This document shows positions 39,201 through 46,181 of a DNA stretch of 64,000 bases, one piece after another. Below the pieces are notes generated by a model. The model was not told where the DNA came from, did no database searches, and saw only the letters and a program-made list of their open reading frames with translations. Numbering within the stretch: the stretch's first letter is position 1; each line of letters opens with the position of its first letter. Source of the DNA: Deltaproteobacteria bacterium (GTDB taxonomy: Bacteria > SAR324 > NAC60-12); the NCBI GenBank assembly GCA_038150265.1, contig JAYOTF010000005.1, forward strand, positions 46,469 through 110,468, written 5' to 3'. The position numbers were made by a program, and so were the translations under genes.

Positions 39201-39814
39201 CGCTCGCGATGGGCCTGAATGGCCGACTCGGAGACCAGCTGCTCAAGAACCTCGTTGGGAAGGCGTTCGGAGGAGTTGAGCTCGTGCGAGGTCCGGAAGC
39301 CATCAAAGAAGTGCAGCACCGGCACTCGGGAAAGCAGCGTGGCCGCATGAGCAAGGGCGGCATGGTCTGCCGCTTCCTGGACGCTTCCGGAGGCCAGCAT
39401 GGTCCAGCCAGCAGGACGCATGGCCATCACGTCGGAGTGGTCTCCGAAGATCGAGAGGGCATGTGTGGCAACCGAGCGGGCGGCCACGTGGATGACGGCT
39501 GGAGTGAGTTCGCCTGCAATCTTGTACAGGTTGGGAAGCATCAGGAGCAGGCCCTGCGACGCCGTAAACGTCGTGGCGAGTGCCCCGGTTTGCAGGGCGC
39601 CATGAAGCGCTCCGGCAGCTCCTCCTTCGCTTTGCATTTCCACAACATCCGGACGTCCGCCCCAGATGTTGTCGCGTTGACCGGCGCTCCAGGTGTCTGC
39701 CCACTCTCCCATCGGCGAAGATGGGGTAATGGGGTAGATGCAGACCACCTCACTCAGCCGGTAGGCGACATCAGCGACTGCTTCGTTGCCATCAAGAATG
39801 TGATGTGTGCCCAT
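36242..39814 (-). CDS. nifJ: Pyruvate:ferredoxin (flavodoxin) oxidoreductase, single-polypeptide type
   Basis: 1190 aa. Ferredoxin-type clusters CIQCNKCLMVCPHAV and CTGCGLCVDVCPAKN. TPP-binding C-terminal domain (GGDGWAYDIGFGGLDH). Confidence 0.95.
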   Translation of the reverse strand: MGTHHILDGNEAVADVAYRLSEVVCIYPITPSSPMGEWADTWSAGQRDNIWGGRPDVVEMQSEGGAAGALHGALQTGALATTFTASQGLLLMLPNLYKIAGELTPAVIHVAARSVATHALSIFGDHSDVMAMRPAGWTMLASGSVQEAADHAALAHAATLLSRVPVLHFFDGFRTSHELNSSERLPNEVLEQLVSESAIQAHRERALSPEHPVLRGTAQNPDVFFQAREASNRFYQQVPETVQQVMDRFAELTGRAYQVFEYTGHPEAERVLVLMGSGAETARETVRYLQAQGDRVGVVTVRLYRPFDVQRFAAVLPKTVQKLAVLDRTKEPGALGEPLFLDVAAALPEAVRQGWREHAPQVVGGRYGLSSKEFTPAMVKATLDHLHDDSPRHPFTVGIDDDLTHLSLSVDESFRIESPDTFRAIFYGLGSDGTVGANKNSIKIIGDLDGHFAQAYFVYDSKKSGAMTISHLRFGPEPIRAPYLIEQANFIGCHQPVFLERHNVLASALPGATFLLNTPDAPEAAWNHLPRPLQEQLLEKRMRFTVIDAERIAREVGMGRRINTVMQAAFFKVSGVLPEEQAREAIQNAVKKTYASKGTAVVEQNLKALEAAMQAVHEVPLPETVSSRLAFKPAVPEEAPDFVKNVLGCIIADGGNQLPVSALPEDGTFPTATAQWEKRNLAAEIPVWDPKTCIQCNKCLMVCPHAVIRAKVVEPQALDAAPAGFLSVPARDRTWEGAQYVLAVAPEDCTGCGLCVDVCPAKNKSQTKFKAINMKPQAPLREASAAHWKFFTALPETDRLRIDAGKIPQQQFQQPLFEFSGACSGCGETPYVKLASQLFGDRMVVANATGCSSIYGGNLPTTPWAQTPEGRGPAWSNSLFEDNAEFGLGFRVTLDQQQQTATTLVKQLAPELGDTWVQALLEADQSTEAGIHEQRERVTQLRQKLQALQTPQARRLESLAETLVRRSVWIIGGDGWAYDIGFGGLDHVLASGRDVNVLVLDTEVYSNTGGQKSKSTPMGAVAKFAMGGKVQAKKDLGMMAMSYGSVYVASVAMGAKDTHTLRAFLEAESYPGPSLIIAYSHCIAHGIDMTTGMQHQKALVQSGSWPLYRFDPRRIALHQPPLQLDSKPSGVHLSQFQDLENRYRMLRQTDPDTAKHLQQVAEVGLNERQRFYEHLAGWIPEPAPQQPEQE

Positions 39815-39849
39815 GAATTTTCTCCGAAACGGGTGTGGGTCAGCCTCGT

Positions 39850-39912
39850 TTCAAAGTATTCAAAAACTCAAACATTCCAGCCATTCGTAAATAGACGTAA
39901 GGTTGGCTGGAA
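39850..39912 (-). terminator. Terminator-like hairpin about 60 nt upstream of the PFOR start codon
   Basis: Perfect 9-bp stem TTCCAGCCA/TGGCTGGAA with 19-nt loop. On the minus strand followed by UGUUUGAGUUUUUGAAUACUUUGA. Confidence 0.4.
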
Positions 39913-40282
39913 TGAAACGGGGCGCGTTCAGCAGGTGGGCTGCTGGGAGAAGGACAGAGCGGGGGAGGCTGGAACGGAGGTGGACTTGCGGAATTTTTCC
40001 GAGTGCGAAGGTTCTCCTCCATGCCGGGACGGAATCCCAGAGGCCAGGGAACGTCCCGCCAACTGAAGCAGTGAGCGGCGACTGAAGTTCAACATGTGTG
40101 TGATACCTATTTCAAGTATGAGTAATCGAATCTGACGACACCTAATTATGACGGTCAAATGTTTAGATTGATTGAGCGCTCCGTTGCATCCCTGCAAAAA
40201 GGGGCAACCGCAGGAGCCAGAGGATGTTGGATGCTCTAGCAGAGGGCGTGCCAAATGAGGCGGAGGCGAGGGAACCGAAGGG

Positions 40283-41839
40283 TCAGGTCATCCCGGTCAT
40301 CATGCGGCCGATTTGCTCGACACTGGCGTCAGACCGGGGCAGGACGCCCACGATGCGTCCGTCAAAAAGAACGGCAATGCGATCGGAGAGGAGCATGAGC
40401 TCATCCAGATCTTCCGAGATCCACAACACCGCCAATCCTTCCTCCCGTCCGGCTCCGATGGATTCTCGAATGAAGCGGGTGGCATGAATATCCAGTCCGC
40501 GTGTGGGCTGACAGGCCAGCAGCACCTTGAGGGGGCGAGAGGTCTCTCTCGCGAGGATGACCTTCTGCATGTTTCCCCCAGAGAGCAGGCCCACCCGGGT
40601 CTTTTCAGAGGGAGCCCGGACATCGAACTCTCCCATTTTTTCATGACCATACTGCTGAATGGCTCTGTGCTGCAGCAGGGCATTTTGGAAAAATTGGGAA
40701 TTTTGAAAATCCCGGAGCAGGAAGTTTTCGGCAATGGACATTCCGGAAGCCACTCCAAATTTTTTCCGGTCTTCAGGAATGTAGCCCACGCCCCGCTGAA
40801 TGAGGTCGTTGACCTCTGGAGGCGCCAGCGTTTCGCCTTCAAACTGGAAGCGTCCGGAGGTGAGGGGGCGCAGGCCACAGAGGACCTCTGCCAACTCGCG
40901 CTGTCCATTTCCTGAAACTCCAGCCATGCCCAGCACCTCGCCGGCACGAAGCTCAAGGGAGACCCCCTTTAGCGCCGGGTGTCCCAAGTCGTTGACCGCA
41001 TGAACCGCCTCAAGGGAGACAACGATGCGGCCCTGCTCGGATTCGGTGGGCTGCTGGGCCACTTGCTCCGCCTGAGCCTCTTGAAGGACCACGGCTTCAT
41101 CGGCATCAAGCTGTGCCTTGGGGGCGTTGCCCATCATCCAGGAGGCCAGGGCCTCCGGCGTGGTGTCTTCGCGCTGCAGCGTGGTCATCAGGCGCCCATG
41201 GTGAATGACGGTGATCCGGTGCGAAAGCGCCATCACCTCCTTCATCTTGTGGGAAATGAAGAGCAGGGACTGCCCCTCCTGACTCATCCGCTGCATGATG
41301 CGGTAGAGCGCTTCAGACTCCTGAGGCGTCAAGACAGCGGTCGGCTCGTCCAGGATCAGGACCTGGGCTCCTCGGTACAGCACCTTGATGATTTCCACAC
41401 GCTGCTGCTCGCCCACGGAGAGGTCTCGGACGCGGCGAGTTGGGTCGACCTCAAGGTTGTAGCGCTCGCTGATTTCCCGGATCTCCTGGTTGACCTTCCG
41501 GAAGTCGAGGGCCTGGGCGCCGGGCTGGCCGAGAATGATGTTTTCAGCGACCGTGTGGTTCCGGACCAGCATGAAGTGCTGAAAGACCATGCCGATGCCG
41601 TGCTCAATGGCCTGCCGGGGATTCCGGAAGAGAACGGGCTTGCCATGGATGCGGATCTCTCCCTCGTCGGGAGCATAGAGCCCGGCAATGATGCTCATCA
41701 GCGTGGACTTGCCGGCACCGTTTTCTCCAAGGATCGTGTGGATTTCTCCGGCTCGCAGATCCAGGTCGATGTGATCGTTGGCAAGAACTCCGGGAAAGGC
41801 TTTGGTGATCCCCTGAAGTTCCAACACAGGAGGCGTCAT
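40283..41839 (-). CDS. ABC transporter ATP-binding protein with two nucleotide-binding domains (CUT2/ribose-nucleoside type)
   Basis: Two Walker A (GENGAGKST; GVSGNGQRE) and two signature/Walker B sets. No permease or SBP gene adjacent. Confidence 0.9.
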   Translation of the reverse strand: MTPPVLELQGITKAFPGVLANDHIDLDLRAGEIHTILGENGAGKSTLMSIIAGLYAPDEGEIRIHGKPVLFRNPRQAIEHGIGMVFQHFMLVRNHTVAENIILGQPGAQALDFRKVNQEIREISERYNLEVDPTRRVRDLSVGEQQRVEIIKVLYRGAQVLILDEPTAVLTPQESEALYRIMQRMSQEGQSLLFISHKMKEVMALSHRITVIHHGRLMTTLQREDTTPEALASWMMGNAPKAQLDADEAVVLQEAQAEQVAQQPTESEQGRIVVSLEAVHAVNDLGHPALKGVSLELRAGEVLGMAGVSGNGQRELAEVLCGLRPLTSGRFQFEGETLAPPEVNDLIQRGVGYIPEDRKKFGVASGMSIAENFLLRDFQNSQFFQNALLQHRAIQQYGHEKMGEFDVRAPSEKTRVGLLSGGNMQKVILARETSRPLKVLLACQPTRGLDIHATRFIRESIGAGREEGLAVLWISEDLDELMLLSDRIAVLFDGRIVGVLPRSDASVEQIGRMMTGMT

Positions 41840-41845
41840 GGATGC

Positions 41846-42202
41846 TTAGCTGCCGCGATAGGTCGTGAATCCAAAAGGACTGAGCAGGAGGGGGATGTGG
41901 TAGTGCTGATCGGGGTGTTCCAGGTGGAAGCGGATGTCGACTTCAGGATAGAAGCTGGACTGGCCCAGTTGCTCGAAGTAGGGGGCCACCGCAAAGCGCA
42001 TGCGGTAGATGCCCGGGGGCAATTCAGTCTCCGGAGGCAGCAGGTCAGTGACCCGGCCATCGGCGTTGGTGAGGCCTTCTGCAAGAACCTCCCAGTGCTT
42101 CTGATCGCTCTTGAGGCGACTGAGGGAGACGGACACTCCTGCAGCCGGACGGCCCAGGGCGGTATCCAGAATGTGCGTGGTGATCGGACTGATCGCGCTC
42201 AT
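41846..42202 (-). CDS. 5-hydroxyisourate hydrolase (transthyretin-like, HIUase)
   Basis: 118 aa ending in the diagnostic YRGS tetrapeptide. HILDTALGRPAAGV near N-terminus. GGAG RBS. Confidence 0.85.
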   Translation of the reverse strand: MSAISPITTHILDTALGRPAAGVSVSLSRLKSDQKHWEVLAEGLTNADGRVTDLLPPETELPPGIYRMRFAVAPYFEQLGQSSFYPEVDIRFHLEHPDQHYHIPLLLSPFGFTTYRGS

Positions 42203-42364
42203 GAGGAACTCCAGAAGGTTTCAGGGGCACAGCCAAAACAGCTCTATACCTTGCGCCTCTTGTCCTCAATCCTCAAGCGGATTCCATGGCATCCCTGAGA
42301 TCGTCGTCCCCCCACTCCTCAAAGAGAAGCAGGGGGAACTGGCGATGACTCATGGAAGTCTGTC

Positions 42365-43972
42365 TTAGCCCGCGGAGCCCTGGACGAGTCCGAGGACCGA
42401 GCGAGGCACCTGGTTGGCCTGAGCCACCATGGCCGTGCTGGCTTGCAGCATGATTTGGTCACTGGTGAGCTTCGACATCGTCTCGGCCACATCAGCATCC
42501 CGAATCATGGATTCCGCGTTGGTCAGGTTTTCCTCGGCAATCTTGAGGCTCTCCAGGTTGGCCTCCAGTGCGTTTTTCTGGAAACCGCCCAACTGGGCCC
42601 GGAATTGCGACACCTCGTCAATGACGCTTTCCACGATCCGACCGGCATCCAGGGCACCCTGGGTGGAGGTCACATCCACGTCGGCCAGGCTTTCAAACCC
42701 ACTCTTGTTGGGAATGCCCTGACCCAGTCGACGGGACCGAACGTCAATGAAGGAGAACGACGGGGTGAACTCGTTGTTCGGGTGCACCGGGAACTCCTTG
42801 GACTGCTGGGAGATGTGCAGGTACCCTTCGACGGGGCCGCCAACGACTTCCTCGTTGCTTTCTTCCACAAACTCCACACCCACCTGGGCTCCCTTCTCGT
42901 CAAAGACCGGAACCTCCTTGAGGCCGATTTCGCGAGTGTAGGCCACGGTGGCGCCACTGGCAGCGGTGCCTTCCAGAGCCGTCAGCAGCTGACCACGTCC
43001 CAGGGCGACTTCACCGTTGATGGTGCCCTCGACGTTTTTGCCGGGAGAGGCCAGTTCCGCGACGTTGGCTTCTTGCGAAAGCACCCCGGCGATGGAGCTG
43101 GTGACCGAGAAGGACGGCTCATCTCCAAACTGGTTGTGCCGGACCATCAACTCGCCGTTGGGGGTCTCAAACACGTAGGTGTCGGTTCCAGCCGCATCCA
43201 TCTCCTTTTGCAGAGCAAAGGTGATGATGCCCCGGATCTGAGAGCTCGCTTCCTGAGCCGTGAAGCGGTCGGGCGCAGCATCGTGATTCTTCAGAATCTG
43301 GGCAATGTCCTTGGCAATCTGCCCCTCACGCGTGTCCAGAGTGGCGTTCTTGCCGCCCTCGCTGATCACAATGAAGAGGCCGTTCCGGATGTTGTCCGTA
43401 TTGATGACGGTGGTGCCCCGGACCTGAGCCTGGGTGCCGACTTGGGTGATGTCGATGTTCCAGCCCGACTCCGGAGAGTTCGGAGTGGAGGACTCGGCCG
43501 ACACAAAGCGCAGGTGGTCACCGACGGTGACGCCGTTGGCGCCCATGCTGCCGTCCAGCAGACGCTTGCCGTTGAATTCCGTGTTGCGGGCAATCCGGTC
43601 CATGGTGCTCAACAGGTGCTCAATTTCCATTTGGTCAGCCTGGAGCATGTCCGGATCATTGACGGCCTCGTTGGCCGCGTGAACCGTCAGCTGCTTCAAC
43701 CGAACGAGGATGCCACTGACTTCATTCAGGGCTCCTTCTGCGGTTTGAACCAGCGAAACCGAAGTGGAGGCGTTATTGTAGGCTTGCTGCAAGCCCACAA
43801 TGTGCCCGCGCAATCGCTCGGAGGCAATGAGCGACGCAGGGCCGTCCGCTCCGCGGTTGATTTTTGTTCCCGAGCTCAGTTGCTCGATTCCACCCTTCAC
43901 TCGATCGAAATTGCTGCTGGCATGCCGCAACGTCGTGAGGGAGGTGGGGTTTTGTCGAATTGTCATCGCCAT
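42365..43972 (-). CDS. fliC: Flagellin
   Basis: Start MAMTIRQ with AAGGAG RBS. Conserved N-terminal (LSSGTKINRGADGPASLIASERLR) and C-terminal (QANQVPRSVLGLVQ) flagellin helices around a variable central region. Confidence 0.85.
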   Translation of the reverse strand: MAMTIRQNPTSLTTLRHASSNFDRVKGGIEQLSSGTKINRGADGPASLIASERLRGHIVGLQQAYNNASTSVSLVQTAEGALNEVSGILVRLKQLTVHAANEAVNDPDMLQADQMEIEHLLSTMDRIARNTEFNGKRLLDGSMGANGVTVGDHLRFVSAESSTPNSPESGWNIDITQVGTQAQVRGTTVINTDNIRNGLFIVISEGGKNATLDTREGQIAKDIAQILKNHDAAPDRFTAQEASSQIRGIITFALQKEMDAAGTDTYVFETPNGELMVRHNQFGDEPSFSVTSSIAGVLSQEANVAELASPGKNVEGTINGEVALGRGQLLTALEGTAASGATVAYTREIGLKEVPVFDEKGAQVGVEFVEESNEEVVGGPVEGYLHISQQSKEFPVHPNNEFTPSFSFIDVRSRRLGQGIPNKSGFESLADVDVTSTQGALDAGRIVESVIDEVSQFRAQLGGFQKNALEANLESLKIAEENLTNAESMIRDADVAETMSKLTSDQIMLQASTAMVAQANQVPRSVLGLVQGSAG

Positions 43973-44042
43973 GATGGACTCCTTGGTGGTACAAGTGAAA
44001 AACACTCTTCGGCAACGCTACCGTCGAGCGCTCTTGGGTCCA

Positions 44043-44069
44043 ACATCGGCAGTCGGGGGGAAAACTTTA
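44043..44069 (-). promoter_or_regulatory. Sigma-28 (FliA)-type promoter upstream of flagellin
   Basis: Minus strand reads TAAA-N15-GCCGATGT (consensus TAAA-N15-GCCGATAA) about 75-95 nt upstream of the fliC ATG. Confidence 0.5.
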
Positions 44070-44158
44070 GCGCAGAAACCGATTCGGGTGAAAAAACTTC
44101 AGAATCCGGAGGTCCGGTGAGGAAAGCGGGAAAACCAGAGGGGGGCTTCCCCGGAAGC

Positions 44159-44905
44159 TCAGAAGAAGAGGCTCTTGCCGAGGCCGAGCACACAGAGGCT
44201 GAGGAGGAGGATCAGGGTCAGGCGTCGGAAGGATTCCGGAGGGGCGGAGACAAAGCGCCGGTTCCCCAGCCACACCCCGATCACCAGCGCCGGAAGGAAG
44301 GCCAGCACCCGCAAGGCGATGTCCCAGGAAAGCAGCTGCTGGGTACCGAGCCAGGAAACGGCATAAAGCTCTCCGGCAAACAGGTAGGCCACCAGCGTCG
44401 CACGAGACGTGGCCACCCCGGCCGGAGTCGCCAGGAAGAGCAGGACCACCGGAAGCCCTCCGACCGCCGCAAGGCCATTGGTGAAGCCCGAGACCATGCC
44501 GGTGCCAACGGTAAAGGCCCGTCCGCCGCCTTTTTCGAGGCGGATGCCCTTGAGCAGGAGGAGCGCGCAGATGAGGATCACCCCATAAACAAGGGGGCGG
44601 ACCGAGGCGTCATCCAGCACCGCCAGCGCCAGGATGCCCAGTGGCATGGCCAAGGCGGCTCCCACGCCCAGCTCGCCCACCCGGCGCCAGTCCACCTCTC
44701 GCCACACCAGCGGAAGGAGGTGGAGGCTGGCGACAATCTCCATGAGGAAGGCCGAGGGCACCACCTCCGCCGGAGGCAGCACCAGCGAATGCGTGGCCAC
44801 CACAAGCGCGGAGAAGCCAAAGCCCGTGTAGCCCCGGACGACCCCGGCTCCCAACACCACGAGCCAGCATCCGGCCAATGCTTCCCACGAAAGTCCGGCC
44901 CACAT
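44159..44905 (-). CDS. TauE/SafE family sulfite/anion exporter-like membrane protein
   Basis: Eight hydrophobic segments with internal duplication. Gly-rich motifs typical of TauE. Confidence 0.8.
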   Translation of the reverse strand: MWAGLSWEALAGCWLVVLGAGVVRGYTGFGFSALVVATHSLVLPPAEVVPSAFLMEIVASLHLLPLVWREVDWRRVGELGVGAALAMPLGILALAVLDDASVRPLVYGVILICALLLLKGIRLEKGGGRAFTVGTGMVSGFTNGLAAVGGLPVVLLFLATPAGVATSRATLVAYLFAGELYAVSWLGTQQLLSWDIALRVLAFLPALVIGVWLGNRRFVSAPPESFRRLTLILLLSLCVLGLGKSLFF

Positions 44906-44929
44906 GAGATTCCTTTTTTCAGTAAGAGG

Positions 44930-45196
44930 TCAGGAAGAAGGCGGGTCTTCCGCATCCCGCAGCTCAAGGTAGCGACGCTGCAGGAGGAGTTTCTGTTGCT
45001 GGTAGTCCTTCTTTCCGAGGCGTCCGAGCTGGTAGTCGTCTTCCAACTCGCTGAGTGCTGCCAGGAGGGACTCGGCTTCGTTGAACTCGGTCTGCTCCTG
45101 GCGGAGCAGGTAGTTCTGCAGTCCAGAAAAGAACAGGGGGTACGCGATGATCGCAATGGTCACCACACTCAGCACAAGGGCTGCGAGCAACGTCAT
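44930..45196 (-). CDS. Small membrane-anchored hypothetical protein
   Basis: One N-terminal TM helix (LLAALVLSVVTIAIIAYPLFF) then a charged helical tail. 4-nt overlap with the Mini-III gene. Confidence 0.4.
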   Translation of the reverse strand: MTLLAALVLSVVTIAIIAYPLFFSGLQNYLLRQEQTEFNEAESLLAALSELEDDYQLGRLGKKDYQQQKLLLQRRYLELRDAEDPPSS

Positions 45197-45618
45197 GACG
45201 CTTTGGAGAGAGAGGTCGGCGTGAGGAAAGGAGCCAGCACTTCCTGAGCTTCCGGAAGCGCCAGCAGTTCAGTCAGGCGAGTGCGGTGCGCCTCCAGGTG
45301 CCAGAATCCCACCAGGCACTCGAATCCGGTGGCGGCTCGGTATTCCTTGACCGTGGCATGCTTGGGAACGGAAGCCGGGCGCAGGTTCCGTCCGCGTCGA
45401 AACACGGCCAGCTCCGCTTCAGAGAGCTGGGGCAACAGGGTCTGAACCAGTTGAGACTGCGTCTGGCACCGAACCAGACCAATCACTCGGCGTGAAACCT
45501 CGGCGGGCGTCTGGAAGCGCGCGAGGACTTGCTCCCGGCACCAGGTTTCATAAAGCGCATCGCCGAGGTAGGAGAGGGCAAAAACGGAAGCCGAATCCGT
45601 GGTCAGAGCGCGCGCCAT
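45193..45618 (-). CDS. Mini-ribonuclease III (MrnC-like)
   Basis: LSYLGDALYETWCREQVL and RGRNLRPASVPKHATVKEYRAATGFECLVGFWHL align with the B. subtilis MrnC signature blocks. Confidence 0.8.
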   Translation of the reverse strand: MARALTTDSASVFALSYLGDALYETWCREQVLARFQTPAEVSRRVIGLVRCQTQSQLVQTLLPQLSEAELAVFRRGRNLRPASVPKHATVKEYRAATGFECLVGFWHLEAHRTRLTELLALPEAQEVLAPFLTPTSLSKAS

Positions 45619-46169
45619 TCCGGATCCGAGGCGCAGATGATGCGGCTTTGACGAACCCGGAACATGCCGTTCGGGACCACGCGCTCATGCACAATCTCTG
45701 TTTCAGCATCATCCTGACGCCGCACGCCGAAGCTGCCGTCTGTCCGGAGGATGATTTCTGCTCCCGGAAGGGCATAGAAGGTCTGGCTGCCTCGGTCAAT
45801 CACGGCCGGACGTGGAATCTCAGGACGAGGCTCACGAGGAGGACGGGCCTCGCGAGGGGGGCGCTCACGCTCCGGATCCTCTGCAGGCTGGACCTGCTGG
45901 ATCGGCAGCTCGTTCCAGTTGTCCGGAAGCTCGGAGCCCGCTCGAAGCAGGCAGACCGCCCGATCCGGACCTTCTCCCACGGAGTGGCTCTCCAGTCCAT
46001 AGTCGGTGCCGAGCTTGTGGAGCAGGCGCCGCCGGTACGAGTTCATCGGCTCAAAGCGCAAAACGGTCTCTTCCGTCTCCAGAAAACGATTGATGCTCTG
46101 ATCGGCTTGTTCAATCAGCGTCTGTTCCACTTCGCTGATTTCCGTGTCTTGAAAAAGGTGAGCCTTCAT
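45603..46169 (-). CDS. R3H-domain protein with Pro/Arg-rich linker
   Basis: N-terminal R3H-like segment (SYRRRLLHKLGTDYGLESHSVGEGPDRAV). Low-complexity PEDPERERPPREARPPREPRPEIPRP. Confidence 0.6.
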   Translation of the reverse strand: MKAHLFQDTEISEVEQTLIEQADQSINRFLETEETVLRFEPMNSYRRRLLHKLGTDYGLESHSVGEGPDRAVCLLRAGSELPDNWNELPIQQVQPAEDPERERPPREARPPREPRPEIPRPAVIDRGSQTFYALPGAEIILRTDGSFGVRRQDDAETEIVHERVVPNGMFRVRQSRIICASDPEWRAL

Positions 46170-46181
46170 GAATTTGAATTC

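Noticed and set aside
40081-40165. tRNA, tmRNA or RNase P RNA in the AT-rich island (TCGAATC-like T-loop fragment)
   Set aside because: No acceptor stem/anticodon arm geometry and no GGUUCGAAUCC T-loop. No RNase P or tmRNA conserved blocks.
39928-40254. 108-aa minus-strand ORF (and 60-87-aa ORFs) inside the 468-bp gap upstream of PFOR
   Set aside because: Cys/Ser/Arg-rich translation without RBS or domain. It runs through the AT-rich island and hairpins, so the region is better explained as regulatory/non-coding.
42203-42364. Hairpin TCCCCC-N18-GGGGGA downstream of flagellin as intrinsic terminator
   Set aside because: Long loop and no U-tract on the minus strand. At best a weak or Rho-dependent site.
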